This document shows, one piece after another, positions 39,024-48,300 of a DNA stretch of 48,300 bases. Under the pieces are notes generated by a model that had not been told where the DNA came from, did no database searches, and saw only the letters and a program-made list of their open reading frames with translations. The stretch is taken from the sequence record SRR31156797_11191. One strand, given 5' to 3'. Every line of letters begins with the position of its first letter. Position 1 is the first letter of the stretch. The translations under genes and the position numbers were made by a program.

Positions 39024-39821
39024 GTGCGCAAATTCTACGCGACACTCCTTGGGGCGATCCTCGTTCTTGCCTTGGCAAGCGGGGCTTTCGCCTTGGATGT
39101 CCCGCCCTACAAAGGACGGGTCAACGATCTGGCAAACATGATGAATTCATCCACAGAACAAGCTCTGGAAGCACAGCTTGCGGAATTGGAAAAAACGGAT
39201 TCCACTCAAATGGCGATCCTGACCATTCCTTCGCTTGAAGGAGATTCCATGGAGGACTTCTCCATCCGCGTGGCCGAGGCTTGGAAGGTCGGCCAAAAAA
39301 AGACTGACAATGGTGTCATCCTGTTAGTCAGCAAAGCGGATCGCAAAACACGTATTGAGGTCGGTTACGGTCTTGAAGGAGTCCTCACCGACGTGCTGGC
39401 CGGACAGATTCTCGACAATGTGATTGCTCCCCGATTCAAACAGGGAAACTTTGACGCAGGCTTCAAGGACGGCGTGATCGCCATCACCAGCGCGGTACGC
39501 GGTGAATTTGTAGCGTCCAAAAGTCTCAAGCGGAAAAGCAAGCTCAACATATTCTCGATCATTGTTGTCCCCATGATCCTTATCGTCATGTTTACCGAAA
39601 AATTCGGCAGGGCCAGACGACAAGGTCAGATGACCGACAACCAGACCCTTGAAGACGCCCGACGTCATGGCAGAGGTTCAACCGCTGCCAATCTGCTCCT
39701 GCTCTCCATGCTTGGCGGCAGCCATCGCGGCGGCGGTGGAGGATTCGGCGGCGGTGGAGGCGGATTCGGAGGCTTTGGTGGCGGAGGTTTCGGTGGCGGC
39801 GGCGCAAGTGGTGGCTGGTAA
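39024..39821 (+). CDS. TPM domain (YgcG-like) membrane protein with Gly-rich tail
   Basis: RVNDLANM, WKVG..DNGV, RIEVGYGLEGVLTD, GGGFGGGGASGGW. Confidence 0.92.
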   Translation: MRKFYATLLGAILVLALASGAFALDVPPYKGRVNDLANMMNSSTEQALEAQLAELEKTDSTQMAILTIPSLEGDSMEDFSIRVAEAWKVGQKKTDNGVILLVSKADRKTRIEVGYGLEGVLTDVLAGQILDNVIAPRFKQGNFDAGFKDGVIAITSAVRGEFVASKSLKRKSKLNIFSIIVVPMILIVMFTEKFGRARRQGQMTDNQTLEDARRHGRGSTAANLLLLSMLGGSHRGGGGGFGGGGGGFGGFGGGGFGGGGASGGW

Positions 39822-39839
39822 AAAGGAAAGATAATTCAC

Positions 39840-40484
39840 ATGAAAAACTTAGCACAAACCTTCCTGACTCAAAAAGAACAGGATGCCCTTGTCCAATGCG
39901 TCAAAGACGTGGAAACACGCACTTCCGGTGAAATCGTGCCGGTCATTGCATCGACAAGCTACGATTATCGCCGTGCCGGACTCATCGGCGGGCTGGTCTT
40001 CGGAGTCGTTGCAGCCGTGTGTACTGCCACGCTTTTTGAGCAGACAGAAATGTGGGCCTTTCTTGTTCAGTTTCTCGGCTTTTTCCTGATCTTCAGCCGT
40101 CTCCTGAATGCTTTCCCGACCTTGAAAAAACCCTTCATATCCAAAAGGGAAATGCTGGAAGAGGTCAACGAGGCTGCTTTCACCGCTTTTTACCAGAATG
40201 GTCTGCATCATACTCGCGACCTGACCGGCATCATCATTTATGTCTCGGTCTTTGAGCGTAGTGTACAAGTATTAGCTGACAAAGGGATCAATGACACGGT
40301 TGATCCGACTGTTTGGAAAGAAGTTGTTGAGACAGTCACCAAAGGCATCAAAGAAGGCCGCCCAGGCGAGGCGCTCTGTCAGGGCGTGACTCAATGCGGC
40401 GAACTGGTCACTCAAAACTTCCCGATTAAACCAGACGATACCGATGAATTGCCCAACCTGATAATCGAAGGGGATGCACACTAG
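39840..40484 (+). CDS. TPM domain membrane protein
   Basis: ETRTSGEIV, TGIIIYVS..ER.V.VLADKGI, DELPN. Confidence 0.88.
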   Translation: MKNLAQTFLTQKEQDALVQCVKDVETRTSGEIVPVIASTSYDYRRAGLIGGLVFGVVAAVCTATLFEQTEMWAFLVQFLGFFLIFSRLLNAFPTLKKPFISKREMLEEVNEAAFTAFYQNGLHHTRDLTGIIIYVSVFERSVQVLADKGINDTVDPTVWKEVVETVTKGIKEGRPGEALCQGVTQCGELVTQNFPIKPDDTDELPNLIIEGDAH

Positions 40485-40564
40485 TCGCGATTTCACCCAA
40501 GGGTCACACGACCGCCATATGGCCGTAACGCCTTTCTGTTCCTGTCGTATACAGGAGGCCGGAA

Positions 40565-40732
40565 ATGCTCGCCATCGTTGTTGTCACTTCGCTTGTGATT
40601 CTTGTCGCAGGAATGACCCTGCTCCGTGTGATTGGGATATCCCATTCTCCCAACGCCGACATATTGATCCAGATGTATGAAGCTTGTCTGCGAAATGATC
40701 CCCATACCAAAAATAAAAAAAGCCCCGCCTGA
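40565..40732 (+). CDS. Putative small membrane protein, 55 aa (not in the ORF track)
   Basis: AGGAGG RBS; MLAIVVVTSLVILVAGMTLLRVIG hydrophobic N-terminus; stop lies within the terminator. Confidence 0.5.
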   Translation: MLAIVVVTSLVILVAGMTLLRVIGISHSPNADILIQMYEACLRNDPHTKNKKSPA

Positions 40733-40752
40733 CAGAATCAGGCGGGGCTTTT
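40719..40752. terminator. Bidirectional terminator
   Basis: AAAGCCCCGCCTGA-cagaa-TCAGGCGGGGCTTT. Confidence 0.82.
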
Positions 40753-40768
40753 CCGTCATTCTTCAATT

Positions 40769-41989
40769 TTAAAAAAAAGCACCCATAATAGTCTCGATCT
40801 GTTCGCTATACTGGGATACGGATTCTTCCAACAGGGGAAAAGAGTCCACGCCAAGCAAAGCCCACGCATCCTCATCCATCGCCGGCATAACGTACATACC
40901 ACTCAAAGCAATCTCGACCGCGTTAGCCAAATTATCCGCGATATGAATAATCGCCGGCTCCAACGGGTTGGGAAATTCCATCGGTTTGTGATGATAATTA
41001 ATCATGTTCGACAACCCTTCAGGGAACTTCCATGCTTCGAGCAACGGCGTGCTGACATCCGTATGAATAAATCCCATGACAGACATTTCGGCCTCGGTCA
41101 GCGGAATGGAGTTTTCACGCGCAAAAAGCATGGCCTCCGTGGAAGCATATGGCAACTTCTTGAACATGATAAGCCGCCCCACATCGTGCAACAGCCCACC
41201 GATAAAGAACCGTTCGGGCGACAGCCCTGTCTGAGTACCCGCCAAAATCTTGGCAAAAATCCCACAAGAGATGGAGTGTCTCCAAAAAGTCTCCATGTCC
41301 ATAAGTTCCGGCGGAATATCCTTGAAATAATTTATCGCCGAGATACCGAGGGCCAACGTAGACAGCTCTTTGGCTCCCACAAGGGCAACGGCTCGCGAAA
41401 TGGAGTCTATGGTTTGTGGAAAACCGTACAAAGGGCTGTTGACCAGCTTGAGAAGTTTTGCAGCCAGACTCATATCCGTACTGACGACCGTGGCTATACG
41501 ATCTGCGGAAGCTGAATCATCTTCCAGCACTTCCTTGATACGAAAGAAAATGTCCGGAAAGCTGGTCAATTCGGTTTCATGCCTGACCAATGTTTCGGGG
41601 GTTCCCATCCCCTTGATGTAAATATCTTCCAAATGCTCAACGCTATCGGCCCTGCGTTCACTGACGTCGGGCAATTCCCAACCCGCAGCGACCTGCTTGG
41701 CTGTCAGATCCAACGCGATACGAAACATTTCTATAGTTGGTTTAAAATCAGGGTTCACGTACAGGAAAAAGTCACGGACATATTTTTCAACCTCCAGCAA
41801 CTTCTCTCTGCTCAAATCGTTCGGATCAAGTTCAACGTCAGCCTCATCAACACCAACGCGCTTCAGCTGTTCGAGGTGGCGGTCCTCCAACTTGGTGCCG
41901 GACTTGAAAAGCAGCCTGCCGTCACTGGCAACCAAATCGGTAGCCAGAAGCATGCCTGCCTTCAACTCATCTAAGCGTGTGATACCCAA
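40769..41989 (-). CDS. HDOD domain signalling protein
   Basis: LAAKLLKLVNSPLYG, FWRHS, GLLHDVGRL, W.FPE..I.YHH. Confidence 0.9.
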   Translation of the reverse strand: MGITRLDELKAGMLLATDLVASDGRLLFKSGTKLEDRHLEQLKRVGVDEADVELDPNDLSREKLLEVEKYVRDFFLYVNPDFKPTIEMFRIALDLTAKQVAAGWELPDVSERRADSVEHLEDIYIKGMGTPETLVRHETELTSFPDIFFRIKEVLEDDSASADRIATVVSTDMSLAAKLLKLVNSPLYGFPQTIDSISRAVALVGAKELSTLALGISAINYFKDIPPELMDMETFWRHSISCGIFAKILAGTQTGLSPERFFIGGLLHDVGRLIMFKKLPYASTEAMLFARENSIPLTEAEMSVMGFIHTDVSTPLLEAWKFPEGLSNMINYHHKPMEFPNPLEPAIIHIADNLANAVEIALSGMYVMPAMDEDAWALLGVDSFPLLEESVSQYSEQIETIMGAFF

Positions 41990-42019
41990 AGCAACACCCT
42001 CCGACAGGGACCAAGGCCC

Positions 42020-42892
42020 CTATTGTTCCTTCTTGTACGCAATGGTTCCCGCCTGGAAAAGAGGCTTGAACGTCTGCGAGATCTTATGCAGTGACTCGGA
42101 GTGACCGACCATGAGATAACCGCCAGGCAACAGGTTGTCATAAAAAGACTGAACAACCTTTCGCTTCATGGTCTCGTCAAAATAAATAATTACATTGCGA
42201 CAAAAAACTATATGAGAACGGGGAATTCCTTGTACCGCCGTTGCATCCTTGAGATTCATTTGACGAAATTTGACCAGTCGCTGAACCTCGGGCCGAATTT
42301 TCCAGCCTCCCGGATCCTTGGTGAAATATCGTTTACGAATCGGGTCTGGCGTGGTTTTGAAGGAATACTCTCCATACACCCCTGCCTTGGCCCGCTTGAC
42401 CATCTCGTCAGAAAGATCGACAGCTGTGATAGTAATTTTCCACTTGGCTGTTTCCAGCCGCAACGTCTCAAGAAGTAAAATGGCAAGGGTGTAGGGCTCT
42501 TCGCCAGAAGAACACCCTGCAGACCAGATATTCAACTCCAGTCGACCAGCTTTCCGATGTTCATCGAGTTTTTCCCGAAGCACGTTGTCACGAAACGCTT
42601 CAAGCTGCTTCATGTCACGACAAAAACTCGTCTCATTGGTGGTCACCAACTCAAAAAGATGCTTGAGTTCCTCGCCTCGATCAAACTTCAAATACTTGAT
42701 GTAATCAGCAAAACTGGTCAATCCCAATTCGCCCAGACGCTTGGAAAAACGGCTTTCGAAAAGATACTTGCGTTTGACATCGACAAAGATGCCGCTTTTT
42801 TCATATATGAAATCACGCAGTTGCACGAACTCATCGTCCGAGATCCTGACGTTTTTTCGTAAGGTCGTCGATTTGGAGAACAAAGAACCCAT
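42020..42892 (-). CDS. cheR: Chemotaxis protein-glutamate O-methyltransferase
   Basis: TTNETSF, IWSAGCSSGEEPYTLA, FCRNVIIYFD, GHSESL. Confidence 0.95.
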   Translation of the reverse strand: MGSLFSKSTTLRKNVRISDDEFVQLRDFIYEKSGIFVDVKRKYLFESRFSKRLGELGLTSFADYIKYLKFDRGEELKHLFELVTTNETSFCRDMKQLEAFRDNVLREKLDEHRKAGRLELNIWSAGCSSGEEPYTLAILLLETLRLETAKWKITITAVDLSDEMVKRAKAGVYGEYSFKTTPDPIRKRYFTKDPGGWKIRPEVQRLVKFRQMNLKDATAVQGIPRSHIVFCRNVIIYFDETMKRKVVQSFYDNLLPGGYLMVGHSESLHKISQTFKPLFQAGTIAYKKEQ

Positions 42893-42990
42893 TCAATCCG
42901 ATCCTTTAAGAACCAATGCCTCTATCATGATAGAAGCTATTTTGAAAATTTAAGAGCTAAACGGTATATGTTCTTGTTTAAATAAACAAC

Positions 42991-44100
42991 TCATTTTCTC
43001 TGTCGTCGTGCAACTGCATCACGAACATACGACTGTACACGCTCTTCCCCTTCGAGAGCTTTCTCTGCGCCAAGAGCTAACGAAACCATCTCAATTTCAC
43101 CAGACTCTACATACACCGGTGCAAGATGTGAAACCTGTCGCCCAATCTCCGCAGTCAACGGTTCGCTTCGGGCCAATCCTCCAGTCAAAATCACCGCCGC
43201 CAAATCAGGCCCATCATCACCGTGGACCAAGGCAGGAACCATAGAGCACACAGAACGAGCCACAGCATAGGCAAAAGCCTTGAAAACCAGCTGGGCCGAT
43301 TCATCGCCCTCTTCAATACGAGCCACAATCTCACGCGGATCGTTCGTCCCCAAATGAGCAAACAACCCACCTCGTCGAAGAACAGCCTGTTCCATCTTAT
43401 CGAAACTCACTTCACCGTCACGCACCATGTGCAACACAGGAATCAAAGGGAGAGAACCGGTCCGTTCCGGTGTGAAAGGTCCTTCACCGTCCAACCCGTT
43501 CAGCACATCAACGACCTTTCCCTGCCGATGCGCTCCAATGGAAATACCGCCTCCCATATGACACACAATAAAATTGCCATTCTCATAGGCAATACCCAAT
43601 TTGTCTGCGACAATCCGGGCCATACCACGCTGATTCAAGGCATGAAACAAAGACCGCCGCCGGATGGCAGGCAGTCCGGTCAACCGGGCCTTATCCATCA
43701 TCTCATCGGTCACAACCGGATCAACCACGTAGGCAGGCACACCGTATTCTCGCCCGAAAGCTCTGGCCATAAGCCCACCGAGGTTACAGGGATGCTCTCC
43801 ATATCGGGCATTCCGCAAATCGTCTGCCATGTCGTCACACACTTCGTAAACACCGCCTTTTACGGGGTGCAACAACCCGCCACGACCAGCAACCGCACGC
43901 AGTTGAATTCCATCTCCACCAGCGGCTTTCAAAAAATCTCTTGTGGCCTGCACACGAAAATCAAACTGATCCGTTACTCGTGCAAAATCAGCAAGCTCAC
44001 TCTTACGGTGCTGGATCTCCTGCGCAGCCACGGATTGTCCGTTTTCAAACAGGGCTAACTTGGTTGATGTAGACCCTGGGTTAATCACAAGTATACTCAT
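42991..44100 (-). CDS. buk: Butyrate (branched-chain carboxylate) kinase
   Basis: ILVINPGSTSTK, GRGGLL, VVDPVVTDE, FHALNQ, HMGGGIS, GEGPFTPER. Confidence 0.95.
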   Translation of the reverse strand: MSILVINPGSTSTKLALFENGQSVAAQEIQHRKSELADFARVTDQFDFRVQATRDFLKAAGGDGIQLRAVAGRGGLLHPVKGGVYEVCDDMADDLRNARYGEHPCNLGGLMARAFGREYGVPAYVVDPVVTDEMMDKARLTGLPAIRRRSLFHALNQRGMARIVADKLGIAYENGNFIVCHMGGGISIGAHRQGKVVDVLNGLDGEGPFTPERTGSLPLIPVLHMVRDGEVSFDKMEQAVLRRGGLFAHLGTNDPREIVARIEEGDESAQLVFKAFAYAVARSVCSMVPALVHGDDGPDLAAVILTGGLARSEPLTAEIGRQVSHLAPVYVESGEIEMVSLALGAEKALEGEERVQSYVRDAVARRQRK

Positions 44101-45041
44101 GCGGAACTCCTGTGGGCCAACAAACTGGCAAGTGCAATGGAGTGAAATTTACTCGCATCCGAATCCCCTCGCGACGGGACCACCACCGGCACACGACTGC
44201 CCACCACAACGGCGGCCATAGTGCAACCAGACAGGGTGGTCAGCGATTTATACAAGATATTCCCCGCCTCAATATTGGGAGTGAGCAAAATATCAGCATT
44301 CCCGGCAACAGGGTCGTCAAACTGCTTGGTGGCAGCGGCATCCTTGGACACGGCAATATCAAGCGACAACGGGCCGAGCACTCTGGCGTCGCCGAACTCT
44401 CCCTGCCGAGCCATCTTGGTCAGGATATCCCCGTCAAGCGTGGCAGGCATCGCCGGATAATTAATTTTTTCCGTGGCAGCCAAAATAGCAGCTCTCGGCT
44501 CAGATATGCCCAATTTTCGTGCCACATCCAGCGCATTCTTCAGAATATCCACCTTACGTTGCAACGAAGGCGTAATGTTCACACCGGGGTCGGTCATGAT
44601 CATCAGCCGCCCATCTATCGGGGACTCAAAGACACCTACATGGCTTAAAATACGGGAAGGATGGGAAACACCGGTCTGCTTGTTCAAGACGGCCTTAAGC
44701 AAAGTCGCGGTCGGCACCAATCCTTTCATGATCAATTGGGCTTCGCCCTCACGAAACAACCGTACAGCCTCAGCCACCGCCTGCTCATCATCCGTGATAT
44801 GAATCGCTTGAAATCGTGAAATATCAAGGCCGCGTTCATCGGCGATGCGTTGTGTTTCTTCCACATCACCAATGAGAATTGGTTCAGCCACGCCGCGTTC
44901 ATAGGCCTCTACACCGGCACGAAGGACAAACCCTTCTGCTGACCGGGCAATGGCAACTTTGGGCATGGCGCCATTTCCCACAAGACTCAGGGCAGCCTGC
45001 ACCAGTCCTTCGAGGCTGGTTACGGGGGTAAATGCCGACAC
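44097..45041 (-). CDS. ptb: Phosphate butyryl/acyltransferase
   Basis: IMKGLV, LSHV, GPLSLDIAVS, PNIEAGNILYKS, PSRGDS; overlaps buk. Confidence 0.9.
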   Translation of the reverse strand: MSAFTPVTSLEGLVQAALSLVGNGAMPKVAIARSAEGFVLRAGVEAYERGVAEPILIGDVEETQRIADERGLDISRFQAIHITDDEQAVAEAVRLFREGEAQLIMKGLVPTATLLKAVLNKQTGVSHPSRILSHVGVFESPIDGRLMIMTDPGVNITPSLQRKVDILKNALDVARKLGISEPRAAILAATEKINYPAMPATLDGDILTKMARQGEFGDARVLGPLSLDIAVSKDAAATKQFDDPVAGNADILLTPNIEAGNILYKSLTTLSGCTMAAVVVGSRVPVVVPSRGDSDASKFHSIALASLLAHRSSA

Positions 45042-45521
45042 CTATTCGTCCCCTCGCTTGAGTGCGATCATGCCGGAACGACACATGGATTTGATTCCAT
45101 ACGGAATAAGCATTTGGATCAGACCATCCACACGCTCCTGATCACCGGACAATTCCACAGTGATAGTTTCCTGCCCCATGCCAACCACATTGGCACGAAA
45201 AACCTCAAAAATCTGCATGAGCTGACCAGTTTGTTCACGATCCATGGCCACTTTGACCATGACCAATTCACGGTCCACGAAATCCTTACGGGAGAGGTCG
45301 TCAATCTGAATTATTTCATCCAAACTATCCAGATATCGCTCGACCTTATCAATCGCTGCATCATCGCCATCTATACGAAGCACGATACGCGAAACTTCCG
45401 GATTTTCGGTCTCACCAGCGGCCAGAGACAAAATATTGGCATCATATTTCCCGCACTCCTGAGCCATCTGGGCCAAGACACCGGGTTCATTTTTGCACAG
45501 TGCAGACAAGGTGCGTCGCAA
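45042..45521 (-). CDS. ilvN: Acetolactate synthase small (ACT) subunit homolog, no adjacent large subunit
   Basis: NEPGVL, NILSL, SRI, RELVMVKV, FRANVV, RSG; TTG start behind AAGGAG. Confidence 0.8.
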   Translation of the reverse strand: MRRTLSALCKNEPGVLAQMAQECGKYDANILSLAAGETENPEVSRIVLRIDGDDAAIDKVERYLDSLDEIIQIDDLSRKDFVDRELVMVKVAMDREQTGQLMQIFEVFRANVVGMGQETITVELSGDQERVDGLIQMLIPYGIKSMCRSGMIALKRGDE

Positions 45522-45636
45522 GGGAATCTCCTTGATTTCGGTTCACGAGATATCGGCTTCAAACCGCAGTATCACATACCTCATACCACGGCTGATGAAA
45601 AGACCACGCTTTCAACTGGCAACAGGATGCAAGGAT

Positions 45637-47079
45637 GTGTATACTTCCTGCATTGTGATCCATTACTTACGAGAAAAACGGTGGTTTTTCATCACCTTGA
45701 TCATTCAAGCGGCCATGCTGCTTTCACCAGCCCCGGACGGAGTCTCTCCCGAAGGCTGGCGAGTCCTTGTCATGACCGTTGGCGCGACCATGCTTTTCAT
45801 CACCGAGCCAATCCCCCTGCCCGCGGTTGCTCTACTCATCATACTCGGACAGATATTCCTGCTCGGCATCGACTCCTCACTCGTCGCCAAGTCGCTCATG
45901 AAAGACTCAGTCCTCTTCATCATGGGATCACTCATGTTGGCCGTGGCTCTGGTCAAACAGAAACTCGACAAACGGCTCGCGCTACTTATTGTCAGTATTA
46001 CGGGATCGAATACATACCGTATCGCTTTTGGCATCTCCATATTTTCCGGTATATTGGCATCGTTCATCGGTGAACATACTGTGGCAGCCATGATGCTTCC
46101 AGTGGCTTTGTCCCTGTTGCAATTGGCTACTGATGATCCGGCCAAACGACGCGCTTTAGGTCTGCTCTTCCTCTTTTCCATATCATACGCCTGTGCCATG
46201 GCCGGTATTGGCACACCGTCTGGTGGAGCGCGTAACGCCATTATGATCGACTATCTGCGTGATTTCTTCTACGCCACGGATGATCCAGCGACCTTCAGCT
46301 ATTCTGTCAGTTATCTTGACTGGATGATATACGCCTACCCTATTTTTCTGGTGCAGTTGCCACTCATGCATCTCATCCTGAGGCACACCTTCAAGACGGA
46401 CATCACGGACCTCGGCCCTGCGGTGGAAAAACTCAAGGAACAGGTTGGAGATGAAGGATCGTTAAACGGTCGACACTATATGGCCATCCTCTTGTTTTTG
46501 ATCACACTTATCGGATGGGTCGGATTCTCTTCCGAAGTCGGCATGGGAACCATCGCTATCCTCGGTGCGGTCCTCTTCCTTGTCACCGGCCTCGTGCGCT
46601 GGCAGGATCTCAATTCCGGCGTCAACTGGGGCGTTGTCCTGCTCTACGCCGCGGCCATCTCCCTTGGCGTCCAAATGCGTGATACCGGTGCTGCGGCATG
46701 GATTGCCGGTGTATTCATGGACCTGCTCGCACCGCTTGGCATGGACAGCGGCATCGGATTGATGGCGGCGGTAATGTTGCTCACCACCTTTATCACCAAC
46801 ACCATGAGTAATGGCGCAGCCGTGGCGGTTCTCGGTCCCATCGTCCTATCCATTGCCGTGGGAACGGAAACCAACCCGTTGGCCGTGGGCATGATCACAG
46901 CCGTGTCCAGTGCATTCGCCTATTTCACAGTCATCGGCACCCCGGCATCCACCATCGTATATTCATCCGGATTCTTGCGGCCCAAAGATTTCATGGTTGT
47001 TGGCTGGCGCATGGCGCTCATGTCATTTGTCGTTTTGCTTCTCGCATCGAAACTGTATTGGCCCTTCATAGGGCTGTAA
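45637..47079 (+). CDS. DASS/SLC13 divalent anion:Na+ symporter
   Basis: TEPIP, GIGTPSGGARN, TNTMSNGAA, GTPAS; start approximate (GTG 45637 or 45655). Confidence 0.88.
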   Translation: MYTSCIVIHYLREKRWFFITLIIQAAMLLSPAPDGVSPEGWRVLVMTVGATMLFITEPIPLPAVALLIILGQIFLLGIDSSLVAKSLMKDSVLFIMGSLMLAVALVKQKLDKRLALLIVSITGSNTYRIAFGISIFSGILASFIGEHTVAAMMLPVALSLLQLATDDPAKRRALGLLFLFSISYACAMAGIGTPSGGARNAIMIDYLRDFFYATDDPATFSYSVSYLDWMIYAYPIFLVQLPLMHLILRHTFKTDITDLGPAVEKLKEQVGDEGSLNGRHYMAILLFLITLIGWVGFSSEVGMGTIAILGAVLFLVTGLVRWQDLNSGVNWGVVLLYAAAISLGVQMRDTGAAAWIAGVFMDLLAPLGMDSGIGLMAAVMLLTTFITNTMSNGAAVAVLGPIVLSIAVGTETNPLAVGMITAVSSAFAYFTVIGTPASTIVYSSGFLRPKDFMVVGWRMALMSFVVLLLASKLYWPFIGL

Positions 47080-47089
47080 GGAGTTGTCC

Positions 47090-48025
47090 ATGACACAGGG
47101 CGACAACAGAATACGCATACTCATCTGCATCGGCGGCGGACCGGATTCATTATCCAGCCTCAAATATGCCACTCGCTTGAGCAATCAAGGGTGTGCGGAC
47201 ATTGATTTGCTTTATGTTCGCCCTCTGGACAGTGGCCTCAAATCGGGTGGAATGGAGGTGCGCGTTGCCCGAGAGAACATGCTCGACTGGGGTTTGGAGC
47301 TTCCCGGCATGACCCACTTAAAGGCGGCTCGTGATCTACTTATAGAGCTTGGTGAAATCGCCCCGGATTCAAGTCGAGACTGGCATCACCGAGAACTCTC
47401 CGGCGATGCGGCAGGCGAATATGTCCGCGAATACGAAAACCCTTGTGGCGGTTCCATATCACTCCGACTCCGCACCGCCCCGGATGTAACCACTGCCGCC
47501 ATTGACGAAGCACAACAGAATAAGGCCGACATTATCATCGTAGGAGCTTCTCCCGAACCGGTTGAAGGGTTGCGAAAACTCCTCTCACCCAAGCCGCTCG
47601 CTCTCAAAATAGCGGCCCATTCACCCATCCCGGTCATAGTTGCACGGCAGTTAGAACCCGGCCGCGGTCATCTCGTCTGTGTGCAGGACACGGACCGATC
47701 CCGATCAATGCTTCCTGAGGCCATTCGGTGCGCCCACGCCTGCCAATGCCCGATTTCCATCATGTCCGTTGCCCCGGACGAATCAGGAATCAAATCAGCA
47801 CAAAAAGCCGTTGATGAAGCCGCCGCACTTTTCAAGGTAAACGGCATCACGCCACATGAAACACTTGTCGAAGTGGGTGATCCGGTAGAGACCATCATCA
47901 CCATTGGCTATGATTTCTCGCTCATCCTGCTCTCAGAATCGGAAAAGCCCTGGTTTGCCAAAGGATTCAGCGTTTCCCACGAAGTCGCCGCCAAAGCACG
48001 CAACTCTGTGATGATTTTGAAGTAG
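47090..48025 (+). CDS. Tandem universal stress protein (UspA) domain protein
   Basis: RILICIGG, ADIIIVG, IAAHSPIPVIVAR, GDP...I, VAAKARNSVMILK. Confidence 0.85.
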   Translation: MTQGDNRIRILICIGGGPDSLSSLKYATRLSNQGCADIDLLYVRPLDSGLKSGGMEVRVARENMLDWGLELPGMTHLKAARDLLIELGEIAPDSSRDWHHRELSGDAAGEYVREYENPCGGSISLRLRTAPDVTTAAIDEAQQNKADIIIVGASPEPVEGLRKLLSPKPLALKIAAHSPIPVIVARQLEPGRGHLVCVQDTDRSRSMLPEAIRCAHACQCPISIMSVAPDESGIKSAQKAVDEAAALFKVNGITPHETLVEVGDPVETIITIGYDFSLILLSESEKPWFAKGFSVSHEVAAKARNSVMILK

Positions 48026-48030
48026 GGTGT

Positions 48031-48300
48031 GCCTCCGGCGGCTGGGGGAAGGGGAAAGAGGGCACCCTTTGAAAAGGGCTTCCCTCTTTCCCCTTCCCCC
48101 AGACCCCCAACCCCTTTCTCCCTCCTAAACTTTTTGTTGCCGCTTCGCGGAAAATAAACAAACATACTTCTCTTTTTCTTCTTTTCATAAAACAACACAG
48201 TCCTTGATATGTAAGGCTTACATATCAAGGACTGTGTTTAATTACCCTTCGCCAAAGGCGACACAAAAAATTTAGGAGAGTCCAGAGAACCCTTTTCAAA
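48031..48300. repeat. Intergenic REP-like palindromic elements: two inverted copies around a 21-bp perfect IR
   Basis: GCCTCCGGCGG head; 21-bp stem 48042-48062/48082-48102 around CCCTTTGAAAAGGG; IR at 48194-48238; inverted partial copy from about 48257 to the window end. Confidence 0.75.

Noticed and set aside
39727-39818. GGC/GGT-rich tandem repeat
   Set aside because: It encodes the normal Gly-rich tail of YgcG/TPM proteins
1-48300. CRISPR array, rRNA or IS transposase
   Set aside because: No regularly spaced direct repeats, rRNA-like sequence or transposase motifs seen

Overview
Chromosomal window from a Desulfovibrionaceae-type sulfate reducer; the taxon is inferred from gene content (Mop aldehyde oxidoreductase, ilvN-ptb-buk, intergenic palindromic repeats). 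It opens with the 3' part of tRNA-Glu(CTC), followed by an accessory-looking stretch: short RHS toxin plus putative immunity gene, flavodoxin-ferredoxin, NAT, TspO and YbgA. Next come map, aspT-aspD, a GAF-LuxR/mop/moeA-like unit, MCP, fumC, LysE/MocR, ArgP/ArgO, a cereblon-like gene, lemA-TPM-TPM, HDOD-cheR, ilvN-ptb-buk, a DASS permease, USP and REP-like palindromes. Two modules stand out. (1) An octaheme tetrathionate-reductase-family cytochrome (24317-26038, minus strand) is split in the ORF track by one in-frame TGA. The TGA falls at the conserved active-site NNFC cysteine and is followed by a bacterial SECIS-like hairpin, so this is a likely selenocysteine-containing OTR; it sits in a Crp/Fnr-box-controlled cluster. 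(2) An ECF sigma factor fused to an NrtA/NasS-type anion-binding domain heads an operon of an FNT channel, an unannotated 43-aa membrane peptide and a Tat-less Mo/W-bisPGD oxidoreductase with an Fe-S subunit, which looks like a self-contained anion sensing, import and redox system of unknown substrate. All calls are by eye; no database searches were run.
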